NCBI GenBank assembly: GCA_964016885.1
Contig: OZ024754.1
Span: 4,960,001 to 5,024,000, forward strand
DNA length: 64,000 nucleotides
Direction: 5' to 3'
Source: Eledone cirrhosa
Lineage: Eukaryota
A model generated the notes under the pieces. The model did no database searches. It saw only the letters and a list, made by a program, of their open reading frames with translations, and was not told where the DNA came from. Each line of letters begins with the position of its first letter. Position 1 is the first letter of the stretch. A program made the translations under genes and the position numbers. Of this stretch, positions 1 to 13,645 are shown in pieces.

Positions 1-131
1 CTGCTTGTGGAATTAACGTGTGAATTGGCTGAACATTCCACAGACACGTGTATCTTGAATGTAGTTCTCAGGGAGATTGTGTGACGCAATGTGACAACGC
101 TGGCCATTTATTTGAATTATAGGTACAATTC

Positions 132-176
<45 letters not shown>

Positions 177-305
177 AGCTGAGTGGACAAGAGCAACTTG
201 AAATAAAGTGTCTTGTTCAAGGATACAATGTGCACACCTGGGGATCAAACTCACGACCTTACAATTGGTAGCTAAACATGTCACCACTTTACCACATGCC
301 TTCAC
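1..305 (-). mobile_element. tRNA-derived SINE family A (CORE-like), partial, interrupted by (TA)n
   Basis: Reverse strand gives a tRNA-like head followed by ccttgaacaagacactttatttca, as in the copies at 3530 and 48391. Confidence 0.75.
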
Positions 306-1389
306 TCACTCACTTCCTTCACACATGATGCAAACAATTGGGAAACTGAGTATGCTGACATGTACTACACAGATTTCTATAAACACACACACATATATAC
401 ATGTTCCCTTGAAAGATGCCGACAGTCTATCTATTTATATATCTCTCTCTTTCTCTTTCTATCATCATCATCATCGTTTAACGTCCATCTTCCACGCTAG
501 CATGGGTTAGACGGGAGTTGTCCCACTCGAGGCAAGATTGGTTGGTTGACTGTGTCTCGCTCGTATAGGACTATCTGGCAGCTTTTCTACGGCTGGATGC
601 CCTTCCTAACACCTTATATATATATATATATATATATATTCCCTCGACAGATGCGCATATTATATATAAGTATGTGTACAGACGTACAGTAGTATGTATA
701 TGTATATATATATATATATGTACGTATGGGTTTACCGAACATGTATTATAATGTTCGGTTTGTTTGTAAACATGTCGAGAAAATATGTATATATATATAT
801 ATACACACATTTTCTCGACATGCTCACAATTCTCTCTCTCTCTATATATATATATATACATACATACATATTCCCTTGAAAGATGCTCACATTATATATA
901 AATATACACACATTTTCTCGACATGTTCAGATTCTATATATACATACATATTCCCCCAAAAGATTCCCAAATTCTATTTCTCGATTTCTTCCTCATTTTT
1001 TCATCAATTTACATGTTTTTTACATTTTGGCATGGGCTGAACGAGACTTTTTTGAGGCAGTGTTTTAAGGGCTGATAACCTTCGGGCTGCTGCTAACCCT
1101 TTTAAGTTACTTTCTATGACAACGCAGCAATAATTGTGTACCTATTCTATTATCTCACTTTCATTACACACACAGACACACATAGTCTCTCTCTTTGTGT
1201 GTATATATAATGTCATTGTATGTGTGTGTATGTTTGTATGTGATGCGTGTGTGTGTATAAAATGTGTGATTGCATGTTTGTATGTGTGTGTGTACAAGCA
1301 CACACACACACAGGTATCTGATCCAGCAGTGAAATGATCAGCTTTGAAATCCATATTCCTTACATGATATAAACAACTGCAAACGCCAC

Positions 1390-1590
1390 CATCTCCACCA
1401 CTACTACAACTACCACTACCACTACTACTACTACCACTTCTACTACTACCACTTCCACTTCCACTACAACTACTACCACTTCCACTACTACAACTACCAC
1501 CTCTACTACTACCACCACCACTATTACCACTACTACTACTAAAACTATCCTACACCACCACCACCACTACTACTACTACTACTACCTAGT
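1390..1590. repeat. (ACT/ACC)n trinucleotide microsatellite
   Basis: Mixed act/acc/cac triplet run. Confidence 0.95.
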
Positions 1591-1699
1591 GGTATGTTTC
1601 ATTTTGTACCCCCCCCCCCTCATAATTTATTCAACAATCTTCAATGTATTCCATAATATAATCAAAGCAAGAGTCTATAAAGTTTTAATTCCCAACTGA

Positions 1700-2015
1700 A
1701 GATGTGACTACACCCAGTACACCCTGTAAAGTTGTTGGTGTGGGTGCCATTTAAAAAGAATGCATGCAGTAGACTCTGTAAAGTTGTGTTGGTATTGGTG
1801 CCATGGAAAAATAAATGCACCCAGTACAGCCTGTAAAGTTGTTGTGTTGATGATGCCATGAAAAAAAAATGCACCCAGTGCACTCTGTAAAGTTATTGGT
1901 GTCATAAAAAAATGCACTCGTTACACTCTGTAAAGTTATTGTTGGTGTCAAAAAAAAATGCACCCAGTACACTCTGTAAAGTTGTTGGTGCCATAAAAAA
2001 AAGCACTCAGTACAC
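1700..2015 (+). repeat. Degenerate ~40-45 bp tandem array derived from a SINE-internal segment
   Basis: About 7 units of aaaaatgcacccagtacactctgtaaagttgttggtg. Confidence 0.85.
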
Positions 2016-2037
2016 CCCATAACGTAATTGTTATTAT

Positions 2038-2215
2038 GAAGGGCATCCAGCCATAGAATATATGAGTAAGGGCCATCCAGCCATAGAGATATATATAGAA
2101 TATATGAGTAAGGGGCATCCAGCCATAGAATATACGAGTAAGGGCCATCCAGCCATAGAGATATATATAGAATATATGAGTAAGGGGCATCCAGCCATAT
2201 AGAATATATGAGTAA
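2038..2215 (+). repeat. 29-41 bp tandem array
   Basis: Five units of gggcatccagccatag(agatatatatag)aatatatgagtaa. Confidence 0.9.
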
Positions 2216-3529
2216 GACGTAGTCACCTGGCTGGTTACGCCAGGTGATCCATGACAGCGTTAAATAATTGAGGTAAGGCATGAAAGCCCTCCAATCTCAT
2301 CCATACCCCCACCAATTAGACATATTTTCATATCTTTCTTATAGCATGGAAGCTGATTGTTGTGGATGGGGGAGGGGCCTGGTTAGGGGTTAGAAAGGGC
2401 AGTGCCCATACTAATATTTAGGGCATCTGAGACTAGTGAAAGAAAACGAGGAAAGAGCCCTCGATCTTGAGAAGTGGTCCAAATACATGCAATAGAGTAG
2501 ACTAAATGGGCCAAGTGCTGGTGTTAACTCTTTCATTACTGTATTTCTAATGAAATACCCTATATTTTAATTAGTTAATGAAGAGTTTTGATCATTTTAT
2601 CAATATTATTTTGTTATTAAGATGAGTATTTGTAATATATCAAAAGGTTGGTGTATTAAATTATGTTGGAAGATTTTAATTTACATTGAAACTCCTTTAA
2701 AATGAGTGGGCTAGAGTCAGTGGCTGTTTGTGGCATGTTGGTACCAAAACCGTGAAGCTATATTTACTCTTTATAACCCCCAGTAATATACTGGGGGTTA
2801 TTTCATTGAGCCCTCCCCGAGGACAAAGAAATATTCATAGTTTATCTTACTGAGATTTGAACCATGAACAAAGTATGGTGACATTGAGTAAATTTGGGTC
2901 CCTCTTAACATCATTGATATTGATGGGTTTCTAGTTATTAACTCTCTCAGATGGCCTCTACCATCATCATTATCACCACCATCACCATCATCTGTCTGTT
3001 TTTTCGATGCTTCCATGGGTTGGATGAGTTTTTTTCCAGCACAGCTTCCTTCCACTAGTTCCTTCATCATTCCCCCTCTCAGCTTCAGCTACAGTTCATT
3101 ATCATCGTTTTTACGTCTGCTTTTCCATGCTTGCATGGGTTGGACAGGTCTTTCTCAGAACAGCATCTCTCCGCTTGTCATGTTTCTTCGTCATCACCTC
3201 TCCCAGTCTTAGTGATCTGAGGTCAGCTTTCACAACCTCTACCCAGTATGACTTTGTATGTATTCCATTCTTGTAGCGCGGGTGGAGGCTGTACGGTGGG
3301 GGAGGGGGTCAGTATATTTAACTAAAATGATTGTATAAGATCGGTGCCCTTGTGTAGAGTTATAGTGTTAGTACCGCAATAAAATGCACTCGGTCCACTC
3401 TGTAAAGTGATATTGTTGGTACCGCAATAAATTGCACCCAAGCTCCAAAATGGAATATATGAGGCAAGGTGAGGTCATCTGACCTGCCTAGGTTCAGAAC
3501 ATATCTCCCTGCCTAACCCATGCAAGTAT

Positions 3530-3866
3530 CATTTCATTTCAATTTACGTCCACTTTTCCCTGCTTGCAAGGGTGGGACGGGAACTGATTCTGGCTTGATT
3601 TCTACAGCTGGATGCCCTTCCTAACACCAACCTCATTTACAGTGAGTGCTGGGTGCTTTTTGACCGTGGCACCTCGACGACCACTTTGCAGTGGAATGAA
3701 AGGGACTGGGATCCCTATCATCTCATTTCTACAGCTGAGTGAACTGGAACAATGTGAAATAAAGTGTCTTGCTCAAGGAAACAACACATCACCCGGTCTG
3801 AGAATTGAACTCACAACCTTTCGATTCCAAGGCCAATGCTCTAACCACTAAGCCATGTGCCTCCAT
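3530..3866 (-). mobile_element. Full-length tRNA-derived SINE family A with target-site duplication
   Basis: Reverse strand has an A box (TGGCTTAGTGG), a B box (GAGTTCAATTC), a CORE-like TCCTTGAGCAAGACACTT and a GGACGTAAA-(TGAAA)n tail. TSD CAAGTAT at 3523-3529 and 3867-3873. It is nested in the 3' tail of an older element. Confidence 0.9.
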
Positions 3867-4142
3867 CAAGTATAGAAGATAAAATTAAAACAGTAATGAT
3901 GATGATGATGATGATGATGATCTGATTCTTTCTGTGTTCTCAATATCAGAGTGTGTGTGTAATTTACTGAGATATTATTACAGAATCAACCGTTATTGGT
4001 TTTCCTAAGTCTGCTGGAATGTTCATTTAAATTCCTATATGGATTATGTTTTTGTATCCTTGACATAATGAAATATCCCATCGGATTATATAGGCATGTA
4101 TGTATGTGTGTGTCTATATATTTATATATATATATATATCAA

Positions 4143-4198
4143 GTTTAATATGGAAATGGCTTCTACAGGACTAGAACTGTTTCATTCAAAAGAAATCA
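4143..4198 (-). mobile_element. HHR element family HH-A, truncated at the catalytic core
   Basis: Reverse strand TGA-tttc-tttt-gaat-GAAA-cagttctagtcctg-TA-gaagcc, embedded in (TA)n. Confidence 0.8.
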
Positions 4199-4685
4199 CA
4201 TATATATAAATACATACACATATACATACACACTCACACATATATATATGTATTGATAGTTACATATTCCTTCCCTTCTTCATTTTACTTTTCATACTGG
4301 TTTCAGTTGTTAGACCAAGGTCATGCTAGAGCACTCCCTTAAGTATGATTGCATAATTTTAGTTATGAATAATTTTGTTTTTAATTTTTTTTTCTGACTT
4401 ACAAAATACACATAAACTCGTTTATATACACACATATGCAAATATATGTAAATATACTAGTCAAGGGCATTCATTGTATTGGTGGAATTGTTAGAGCTTC
4501 AGTTGGGATACCTTGTGGTAGTTGTATCAGCCCTTATCTTTTCTATGGACAGCACTGGTGGGATGGAGAGAAGACAGATGCATTCATGGGTGACTACCGA
4601 TCATACACACACTCTTCCCCCACCCCCTCAAAAAACGAGAACTTTGCGCAGGAACATTCCAGGTGCAGCTCAGAATATATATATA

Positions 4686-4782
4686 CAAGGTGTACCCCAA
4701 AAATGTATACACATTGATTACCTGTACAGGCAATATTTATTAGAATGTTGTTGAAGTGTATATCCTTTTTTAGGACACCCTG
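4686..4782. mobile_element. Tc1/mariner-like MITE (~100 bp)
   Basis: TA-flanked imperfect TIRs caaggtgtaccccaaaaatgtatacac / gtgtatatcctttttttaggacaccctg. Related copies at about 7346-7421, 20190-20287, 38969-39044 and 46473-46552. Confidence 0.8.
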
Positions 4783-5086
4783 TAAATATGTGTATATATA
4801 TATATATGATGATGATATATATATATATATATATTGAAACATGGCTCTTACAAGACTAGACCTATTTCCTTTGTAAATAATATGTCTTAATGAATTATGT
4901 ACCTTACATTCATTGTGGTTCTTTCAATTTCAAATGAGACCTTTAACGACAATTATATATTTTATATAGAAATGACTTCTACAGGTCTAGAACTGTTTCA
5001 TTTCTATGTAACATAAAAGATTCTTATACTTTACCAATGTATTGAGTACTTTTTTTTAAACTGTGTTCACATGGTGACATAACTCT

Positions 5087-5121
<35 letters not shown>

Positions 5122-5504
5122 CCGTCTAACCCATGCTAGCATGGAAGAACGGACATAAAATGGTGATGATGATGATATATAAATATATCAGTTTGGAATT
5201 AGCTGTTGAATTGGCAAGAGCTCAGCTGTTGGGCCCATACTTTTTCTAATATATATCTGCTTGTATAAATAGAGAACTGTTTTTCTGACAAACATGTTAG
5301 ATTAAAAACAAGTCTGTGTAAATTTTACCATTTTTATTAAGAATTTTCTGTATCTCTTTTATTAATTCTTTAGCTTCGATTTGGATAGTCTCAGCGTTTC
5401 CTAAATCCATTTCGGTATTAACATTTTGGCGCCTTCACAGCTCCATCTTCAGAATAAGAATCGTCATATTAGTAGCTACATAAATATATATATATATATA
5501 TAGT

Positions 5505-5694
5505 AATAATTGTTTCTACGTTAGGCACAAGGCCAGCAAATTACCCAGTGCATTACTGGTACTTTATTTTATCGACCCTGTAAGGATGAAAGGCAAAGTT
5601 AACCTTGGCTGGATTTGAACTCAGAATGGCAAGGGCCGTAACTCTATACGTCAAAGCATGGTGTACAACCCTCTACCAATACTGCCAATCCACT
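5505..5694 (-). mobile_element. tRNA-derived SINE family B (Meta-domain-like)
   Basis: Reverse strand has B box GAGTTCAAATCC, then aactttgcctttcatccttacagggtcgataaaataaagtaccag and the tail gctggccttgtgcctaacgtagaaacaattatt. Confidence 0.85.
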
Positions 5695-6149
5695 ATAGTA
5701 ATAAAAATAAATAGACTAAAATCCAAAGAGGGCTCGATAAGGATAAATATATATCAGATATAAAAGAACCCTAGAGTTTCAGAAGATCCCGTTAAGGGTG
5801 AAAGCAGCGATTCTTTGCTTAAACTTTAATCTGTTATTTTAATAAATATATATATATATATAAATATAAGTATGAATATGTATATGTGTGTATATATATG
5901 TGTACGTGTGCATACTTACATTTATGTATCAGCTGTGTTAGGTTGAGAAATAAAATTCTAATTTTATATATGTATGTAAAGGGTAAGCAGAAATAACAAC
6001 ACAATCAGTACAGTATATGGAAGGAATATATTAGTTTAATGATTGAAATAACAATGTATTCAAATACACTCTTGCTTCGTCTCGATTAGAGATAAACATT
6101 ATTTTATATATATATATATATGTATATATCTGTAAACACGTTATATATA

Positions 6150-6225
6150 CAGGGTGTCCCAAAAGTCCCTAGATTATTTTATATAAATGTATATATAAAA
6201 TTGTCTAGTCACTTTTGGGACACCG
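6150..6225. mobile_element. Tc1/mariner-like MITE, second subfamily
   Basis: TA-cagggtgtcccaaaagtccctaga ... tctagtcacttttgggacaccg-TA. Confidence 0.8.
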
Positions 6226-6975
6226 TATATATATTATGTGTGCAGACCTTGTCCCATGGTTAAGGCGTTTCTTATACTATAATTCCGGGTTTGTTCCTAC
6301 TGCATGCCATCTGGGGAAATTGCCTATTACTGTACACTCACTTTAACACTTTCATCATCATATTTCTAATGAATTACACTCCAATTAATTAATTAATGAA
6401 GAGTATTGAGAGATTTACTAAAATTACTATTTCATTAAGTTAATAACTTAATCTATGGTTAATATATGAAATTACGTTAACTAACACTAATTTAAATAGA
6501 AACCCTTTAAAATGGGTGGTTTTGTTTCCGATAAGAAAAACTAGCGTGGGGCATGTTGATAGCAAAAAAGTTAACCAATACCTTGTGAAATTGAATTTGG
6601 TGGATGGTAGCTATGCAGTAGCCCGTGGCTTCCATGGTTACCTCTGTTGTGTCCTTCTATGTAAAGAAATAGTAAATTATCTTTTTAATAGAAATATATA
6701 AAATAACTACCGGACTGAAAAAAAACATAGAAAGTCCTGTGTCTTTATAGTAGGAAATAGCTGAAGGTGGTGCCCTAGCATTTCAGTATGAGACTAGTTT
6801 AAAGATTGTAAACTAACACACACGCAATTGTTTCTGTCAACAAGTGAAAAATGAACTCAATTACTATCTATATTAATTAGTTTTATGTTCTACTGTGGTA
6901 ATTAGCAGATTCTGGGAGATCTTTCGTGTATATATATTTATATGAAAAAGTGTCTATCTATCTCTCTCTATATAT

Positions 6976-7267
6976 CATCATCATCATTTCATTTTACGTC
7001 CGCTTTTTCCCTGCTTGCAAGGGTGGGACGGGAACTGATTCTGGCTTGATGTCTACAGCTGGATGCCCTTCCTAACACCAATCTCATTTACAGTGAGTGC
7101 TGGGTGCTTTTTTGCCGTGGCACCTTGACGACCACTTTGCAGTAAACTGGAGCAATGTGAAATAAAGTGTCTTGCTCAAGGAAACAACACATCAGCCGGT
7201 CTGAAAATTGAACTCACAACCTTTCGCTTGCAAGGCCAATGCTCTAACCACTAAGCCATGTGGCCTC
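6976..7267 (-). mobile_element. SINE family A with internal deletion
   Basis: Near-identical to 3530-3866 but lacks about 50 bp between ctttgcagt and aactgga. Confidence 0.9.
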
Positions 7268-7820
7268 TATATATATATATGTATATACACACACACGTGT
7301 ATGTGTGTATCAATCTCTCTCTCTATATATAAATATATACACACACAGTGTCCCCCAAAATATATACATACTTTGATTAGAGTGCTGTTGAAATGTGTAT
7401 ACATTTTTGGAGGACACCTTGTATATATATGATCGGGGTATTACGTAACTAGAAACCGACTTGAATTTAGCCGATTTAGCTTATATACCCCAAAAATCAG
7501 ATTTTGGCTATATATATATATATCATCATCATCGTTTAACGTCCATCTTCCACGCTAGCATGGGTCTGTGTATATATTATTTTGTGTGTGTGTGTATATA
7601 TTGTTTTGTTAATTTACACAATATTGGATAAATTTAGAAATACGTTAGCCACACTGCAGACAACTACAAGTATTAGTTAAATGTCGTATACAAGAGATGC
7701 CTGTTTACATTCCCACAGCGTCACAAATTATTCAACAATTATTTATAGCTACCAACTATTATTTGTAATTATCTGTGTTGAGTCTGGCATATTTTAGAAT
7801 ATATGTATATGTATTTATAT

Positions 7821-7868
<48 letters not shown>

Positions 7869-8248
7869 ATATCTATATATATAATTTACATGCACACATA
7901 CAGATTTATATATATGTTTCTCTGTGTATGTATGCATGTGTTTGTATAATATATATATATATGTGTGCGTATGTGTATATATATATAATGCCTGTGTGTA
8001 TATGTATATACATACATATACACACCCCTTCACTTGAGCGTAACCATTCCCAAGAAGAGTGGTATACGAGATTGTATAATCCCGAGAATTTAAGAAGTGT
8101 AATTTCACTCTGTGGTGCCTCAAACCATTTGGTCTGAGGGGATTAAATTCTCCAGAGTATGGGGCCCTGCCCGAAATGTTAGATATGTTTTTATCCTCAT
8201 GGTATATATTACATGATTCCTAACCTTTTTTTTTTTTGGTCTTTACAG

Positions 8249-8263
8249 ATTGGATTACTTTCA
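8249..8263 (+). other. Candidate 15-nt microexon
   Basis: CTAAC branch point, T12 tract, ctttacag|ATTGGATTACTTTCA|gtatgt. Frame-preserving and stop-free in all three frames. Confidence 0.4.
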
Positions 8264-8565
8264 GTATGTGTGTGTGTGTGTGTATATTGAGTGCTTAACA
8301 TGTATGTATGTTTATGTGTGAGTATGTATATATGTGTGTGTATGTATGTATATGTGTATATATATGTATGTATGTATATGTGTGTATATATTTATATGTA
8401 TATATATGTATGTTTGTATATGTGTGTATATATATATTATCATCATCATTTTACATCTGCTTTTCCCTGCTTGCAAGGGTTTGTATATATATATATATAT
8501 ATAGTAATAATAATAATAGTAATAATAATAAAATTGAAGACTAAAATCCCAAATCTGTTATTTTA

Positions 8566-8600
<35 letters not shown>

Positions 8601-8674
8601 TGGGTGTGTATATATATATATATATATGTTTGTGTACATATATATACATGTTTGTGTGTGTATATATAATTATA

Positions 8675-8709
<35 letters not shown>

Positions 8710-9041
8710 CCTATAGAAATGACTTCTACTGCATTCTTCATGATTTCAAAAAAATGAAATACTTCTAGGTTATATAGAAGTTTTCTCTATATAAAATATA
8801 TGTATTTAACCATTCTGTTACAGTATTTCTGGTGATATACAGTGAACATATTAAGAATTTCATAATAAAATTAACTTTTTCTATTATTAAGCTAACATTT
8901 GGAGCATAACTTAACAAAGGTTCTTACGTAAAATTATGGTGGAAAGTTTTTATATGAATATAACCCTTTAAAATAAATACCTTCCTATCATAGAACTAAA
9001 GGGTAGGTTTATATCAAAAGGGGTATATATATTATATGTGC

Positions 9042-9083
<42 letters not shown>

Positions 9084-10372
9084 AACCCTTTAAAATAAAC
9101 ACTATTCTATCTTAGAACTAGAGGTGGTTTTGTATCAAAAGATATATATATATACACACACACATGTATGTATACATGTTTATACAGATGCATCCAAGCC
9201 TGACTGGTTAAAAGGTTCTTCTTGTGACCCATTGGGTTCCAAGTTCAATGCAACTGTGTGGCATCTTTGATGTATTCTATGAAAAAATGTACTATTCCAA
9301 TATATATATATATATATATATATAATGTATATTTAAATGTATGTATATTATATACATATGTGTGTAAATATATATATATGTATATATATTAATGTGTGTG
9401 TGTTTTACGTATAGACATTTCCTAATTAACTAAAGTGTGGATTTAATTTTAGCTTCTACTGAAGCAAACCATAGATTAAAGTATAACATCATTCTCAACT
9501 CTTTCCTTGCAAGTAAATATATATATATAATATTATATATATATATATATATATAATATTTATATATATTTATATGTATATGTAGGGGCTGTGGAAGTGA
9601 AGAACTCTTCTCATACTTCTTTTTCAAGGACACCACAAAGATATATGATGGTCCTGAGAGTTTTGAGATGCTGTAAATTAACTGTGATAAGCAGACGAGA
9701 TGTTATAGAAATTATGTAACCCAAAGTGATATATCTACACATGATATATATATATATACATATATATGTTTATATTTATATATATATATATATATATCCA
9801 AAATTAAATTAAGGGTGTCATGTCAGAGAGACATGCGCCATATCCACTGTAGAATATGCTCCAAGATTCCAATGAATAGATCTGAATATCAACTAGAATT
9901 TGATTGACATATATATATATATCTAAAATAAACATATGAAACAATCACAGGGAATAATTTGTAAAAGTGTGTAAGCACACATAGCTAGGTAGGTAACTAA
10001 TTAAAGTTTAACTAGAATTTTAAATATAGATATCTTATATATATATATATATATATATATATTTTCCTGACATTTGTACATTATATATATATATATATTC
10101 TATATATATATATATATATTTTCCTGACATTTGTACATTATATATATATATATATATATTCATTTTCCTGACATTTGTACATTATTCTATGTACTATACA
10201 TGCACCTTTGATGAGTTGTAGTGCACCTGAGCATTGTACACAATAATTTCATTATTATTATATATATATACGCAATAATATATTGTATATATGATGTAAA
10301 TAATGTTTATCATACATATATATATGTATATATATATATAACTGATACTCTGAAACCTTGTTGCTACTTATT

Positions 10373-10585
10373 TTAACCGTTCGTATCAGGCCAGAATTCT
10401 TTTAGCTCTTTCTGTTCAAACCAACTGTAACCAGCCACTCATACTGACATTAAGGTATTGTTCTCAAAATAAATAACAACAAAATCTCATAGATTCGATA
10501 TTATGTCAGGTAATTATGTAAGATAAATCCTTTACCACAAAAATACAATAATATATATAGAGTAATGTAAATGATAAAGGGTTAA
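10373..10585. mobile_element. TTAA-flanked piggyBac-like MITE, family 1
   Basis: Ends in taaatgataaaggg-TTAA. Homologous to 50868-51093 and 59030-59247, which begin with ccctttaRcattta. Confidence 0.75.
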
Positions 10586-10713
10586 TGTTATGTTCTGCTT
10601 ATGAGGGAAACTGACCATAGTGTAATACCAAATGTGTAACACAACATACTAGACTTAAACAGACCCACCAACGCATCAAGTGCTCAACTTGGTGAACCAA
10701 CTGTAACATAGCG

Positions 10714-10782
<69 letters not shown>

Positions 10783-10961
10783 TCTTTTTTATTACTATAA
10801 CTATGTATATAGTTTTTTTGCCTGGTTTTCGCCATGAGCCTAGGATGGGCCATTCCCAAAATACCTTCAAATCATCAGGTCCACCTGACATGTCTAACTT
10901 CAGACCGTGGCAACCCATCCATGACAGCATGGAAAACAAGCGTAAATCAATGATGATAATG

Positions 10962-11013
<52 letters not shown>

Positions 11014-11224
11014 GCGAGGGAAAAGTGGTAAGGAACCAGGTGGACCATAACGCACCAAAGTACTCAATACTTAGGGTAGTAGAGAGGGTAATAGGAGTAA
11101 GTAAGACCCCGACGGCTGAGCTCAAGCCGTTTCGACGGCTAATTCTGTACAGAATTAGTACAGAATTCAGTACAGAATTAGCCGTCGAAACGGCTTGAGC
11201 TCAGCTGTCGGGGTCTTACTTACT

Positions 11225-11227
<3 letters not shown>
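11014..11227 (-). mobile_element. HHR element family HH-B with inverted 5' arm, inserted in (TA)n
   Basis: Long arm on the minus strand, short inverted arm at about 11171-11227. Both carry GAAA-cggct-tgagctc-agcYg-TC-ggggtc. (TA)n on both sides. Confidence 0.85.
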
Positions 11228-11281
<54 letters not shown>

Positions 11282-12324
11282 TTATTTATTTAAAAATATT
11301 AGCTGTGTGTTAGTCTACATTAGATATCCTAGGGTATTTTTAGTCCCCTTTGAGTATGTCCCATCTGTGAAGAATCTGTATCCATTTGATAATCCTATAT
11401 TTAATCCTTTAATTACCATATTTCTAATGAAACATACTCTATATTAATTAATTAATGAAGCTCATTTAGAGATTCACTAATATTAATCATTTCATTACTG
11501 AGATAGTAATTTAACTTATATAAAAATTATGAAGAATGTTTCAATTTATATAGGAACTATTTAACCTTTTAATTACCATATTTCTATTAAATAAAATACT
11601 GCATATGACTTTGAAATAATCAAGAATTTGGAAGGATTTAATAGCATAATTAGCTCTTCCATTATTAAGCTGGTATTTGGAATATAACTAAATAAAGACT
11701 CGAACATAAAATTATCATGGAATATTTTTAGATAAATGTAAACTGCTGACAATAAACAGTTTTATATCATAGAACCAACATGAAAAGAGTTAAAATAGGT
11801 GTCTTTTGTTTCACAGAACCAGAGCGGTGTTAACATTGAAAGGGTTTAAGATACAAATATCTTCATCCCTGCTGTTGTAATTTTTGTTTGACCCCTAATT
11901 ACCACAATACCAGCTTAAAATGACAAAGGGATACATAGCTATATATATATATATATGCACATACACACACACACATATTACAGGTTGTATTTAAAATTAA
12001 GATAAGTGAAACCTGTCCATTATGGTAGCTTCCCTGGCTAATAAATCACTTAAACTCCCCTATATCAGTATTTTCCTAAGTGGACTCTTCCAGGTAAAAT
12101 TTAGTATATGATTTTCTCATATATATAATATTAATATATTCTCTTTCTGAAATAATTATTGTTTCATTTATTGTCTATGAAATATAGGCATGAATTCTTG
12201 CTAAATCATTATAAGATTTTGCTAGGAATATAAGTTTTATTTAATCTTTATTATGGAAAATATAACCTATCCAACCCTTGCAGTCAGGAGTAAATTTCTT
12301 AGTGTGTGAAACTAAATCTTTACT

Positions 12325-12566
12325 TTAACCATTTCATGACTGCATTTCTAATGAAATACACTATTTTAATTAATTAATGAAGAATTTTAGGGATTTACTT
12401 AAATCATTCATTATTTCATTACTAAGATAGTAACTTAATGTAGGTTCCTTTATAAAATTATGTTGGAAGATTTTAATTTAATTTAAATTAGAAACCTTTA
12501 AAATGGGTGATTTTATTTCATAGAACCAGAGCCGGGTTTTAGTTGGATTTGTAACTAAAGGGTTAA
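12325..12566. mobile_element. TTAA-flanked piggyBac-like MITE, family 2
   Basis: TTAA-ccatttcatgac...atttctaatgaaatac...gtaactaaaggg-TTAA. Diverged copies start at about 2523, 6343, 8806, 11400, 11560, 13880, 14537, 17381, 17925, 25224 and 63810. Confidence 0.75.
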
Positions 12567-12691
12567 ATAATTCGAAGTACTCTGCTTATTGCTTTTATCC
12601 TTCCAGTGTCGTTAAATTAATATACCAGTCAAGTACTCTCAAAATTGGTGACCTTGTGCCTAAATTAGAAATTATTATTATTTTTATTATT

Positions 12692-13030
12692 ATGGAGAGG
12701 GAGGTGCTTTCCTCCAATCAATTTACCAAGAGGTAGGTGAGAGTAGTAGAAATAGCAACCATGAACGGGTCGACCCTCAGTTTGTAGATCAAATATCGAC
12801 AGTTGGGTGAGGGCACTCGCCCTTGATAGTCGGAAAGATTTTGGATCTGTGAGGGGTCTCTCAACCAGCCCTAGTTAATCAGCTCCCTATACCAGGACTG
12901 TATACATTATTTAATAGTATATTATCTATATCTAATTTGTACACTAAGTATACTCATTACCCATCGCCTCCTATCTAAGTAAACTCTGACTTTATTGTGT
13001 CTCCTTTCAAATAAAATTAATCATTATTAT
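12692..13030 (+). mobile_element. 3' end of a Tx1/L1-like LINE, degenerate
   Basis: Translates EREVLSSNQFTKR*VRVVEIATMNGSTLSL*, followed by a UTR ending in AATAAA and (att)n. A similar tail is at about 18420-18560. Family assignment is from memory. Confidence 0.5.
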
Positions 13031-13039
13031 ATAATAAAG

Positions 13040-13645
13040 GAAACCATGCTTTGCAAAATAGAGATACGGTCTGAGTTCAAATCCCGCCGAGGTTAACTTT
13101 GCCTTTCATCCTTACGTGGTCGATAAAATAAAGTACCAGTAATGTACTGTGGTAATTGCTGGCCTTGGGTCAAAAGTAGAAATAATAATTATTATTATTA
13201 TTGTAATAAAGGGCGGTGGATTGGCAGTATCGGTAGAGGGTCGGACGCCATGCTTTGACGCATAGAGTTACGGCCCTTGCCATTCTGAGTTCAAATCCTG
13301 CTGAGTTTAACTTTGCCTTTCATCTTTACGGTGTCGATGAAATAAAGCACCAGTAATGTACTGGGGTAATTGCTGGCCTTGTGACAAAAGTAGAAACAAT
13401 CATCATTATTATTATTATTGTAATTAAGGTAGTGGATTGGAAGTAATTGATAGAGCATCGGACAACATATTTAGTGGCATGTTGTTACGTTCTGAGTTCA
13501 AATCCCGCAGAGTTTAACTTTTCTTTTCATTCTTACAGGTTTGATAAAATAAAATACCAGTAATGCATTGGGGGTTGATTTAATCGGCTTTCCTCTCTTC
13601 CTTTCAAATTACTGGCCTTGTGCCTAGATCAGAGACAATCATTAA
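13040..13645 (+). mobile_element. Three head-to-tail SINE family B copies
   Basis: B box plus gcctttcatcc...gataaaataaagtaccag block at about 13075, 13285 and 13492, each copy following the (att)n tail of the previous one. Confidence 0.85.

Noticed and set aside
4053-4063. GTATCCTT U12-type donor
   Set aside because: No downstream U12 branch site near an acceptor and no supported exon.
4436-4754. Protein-like ORF (GIHCIGGIVRASVGIPCG...GQHWWDGE) with plausible splice sites at 4461-4589
   Set aside because: 4463-4540 aligns to the decayed tRNA head of SINE B, the 3' part runs into a MITE, and two frames are equally open.
5300-5480. Minus-strand peptide NVNTEMDLGNAETIQIEAKELIKEIQKILNKN and nearby CTGAAGA...GAAA
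   Set aside because: The frame is broken upstream and no family is recognised. HHR stems and the NUH site cannot be formed.
10195-10260. TTGATGAG motif resembling an HHR core (also 28150-28200)
   Set aside because: No GAAA or stem III. It is a repeated 3' tail ending in (att)n, likely from a LINE.
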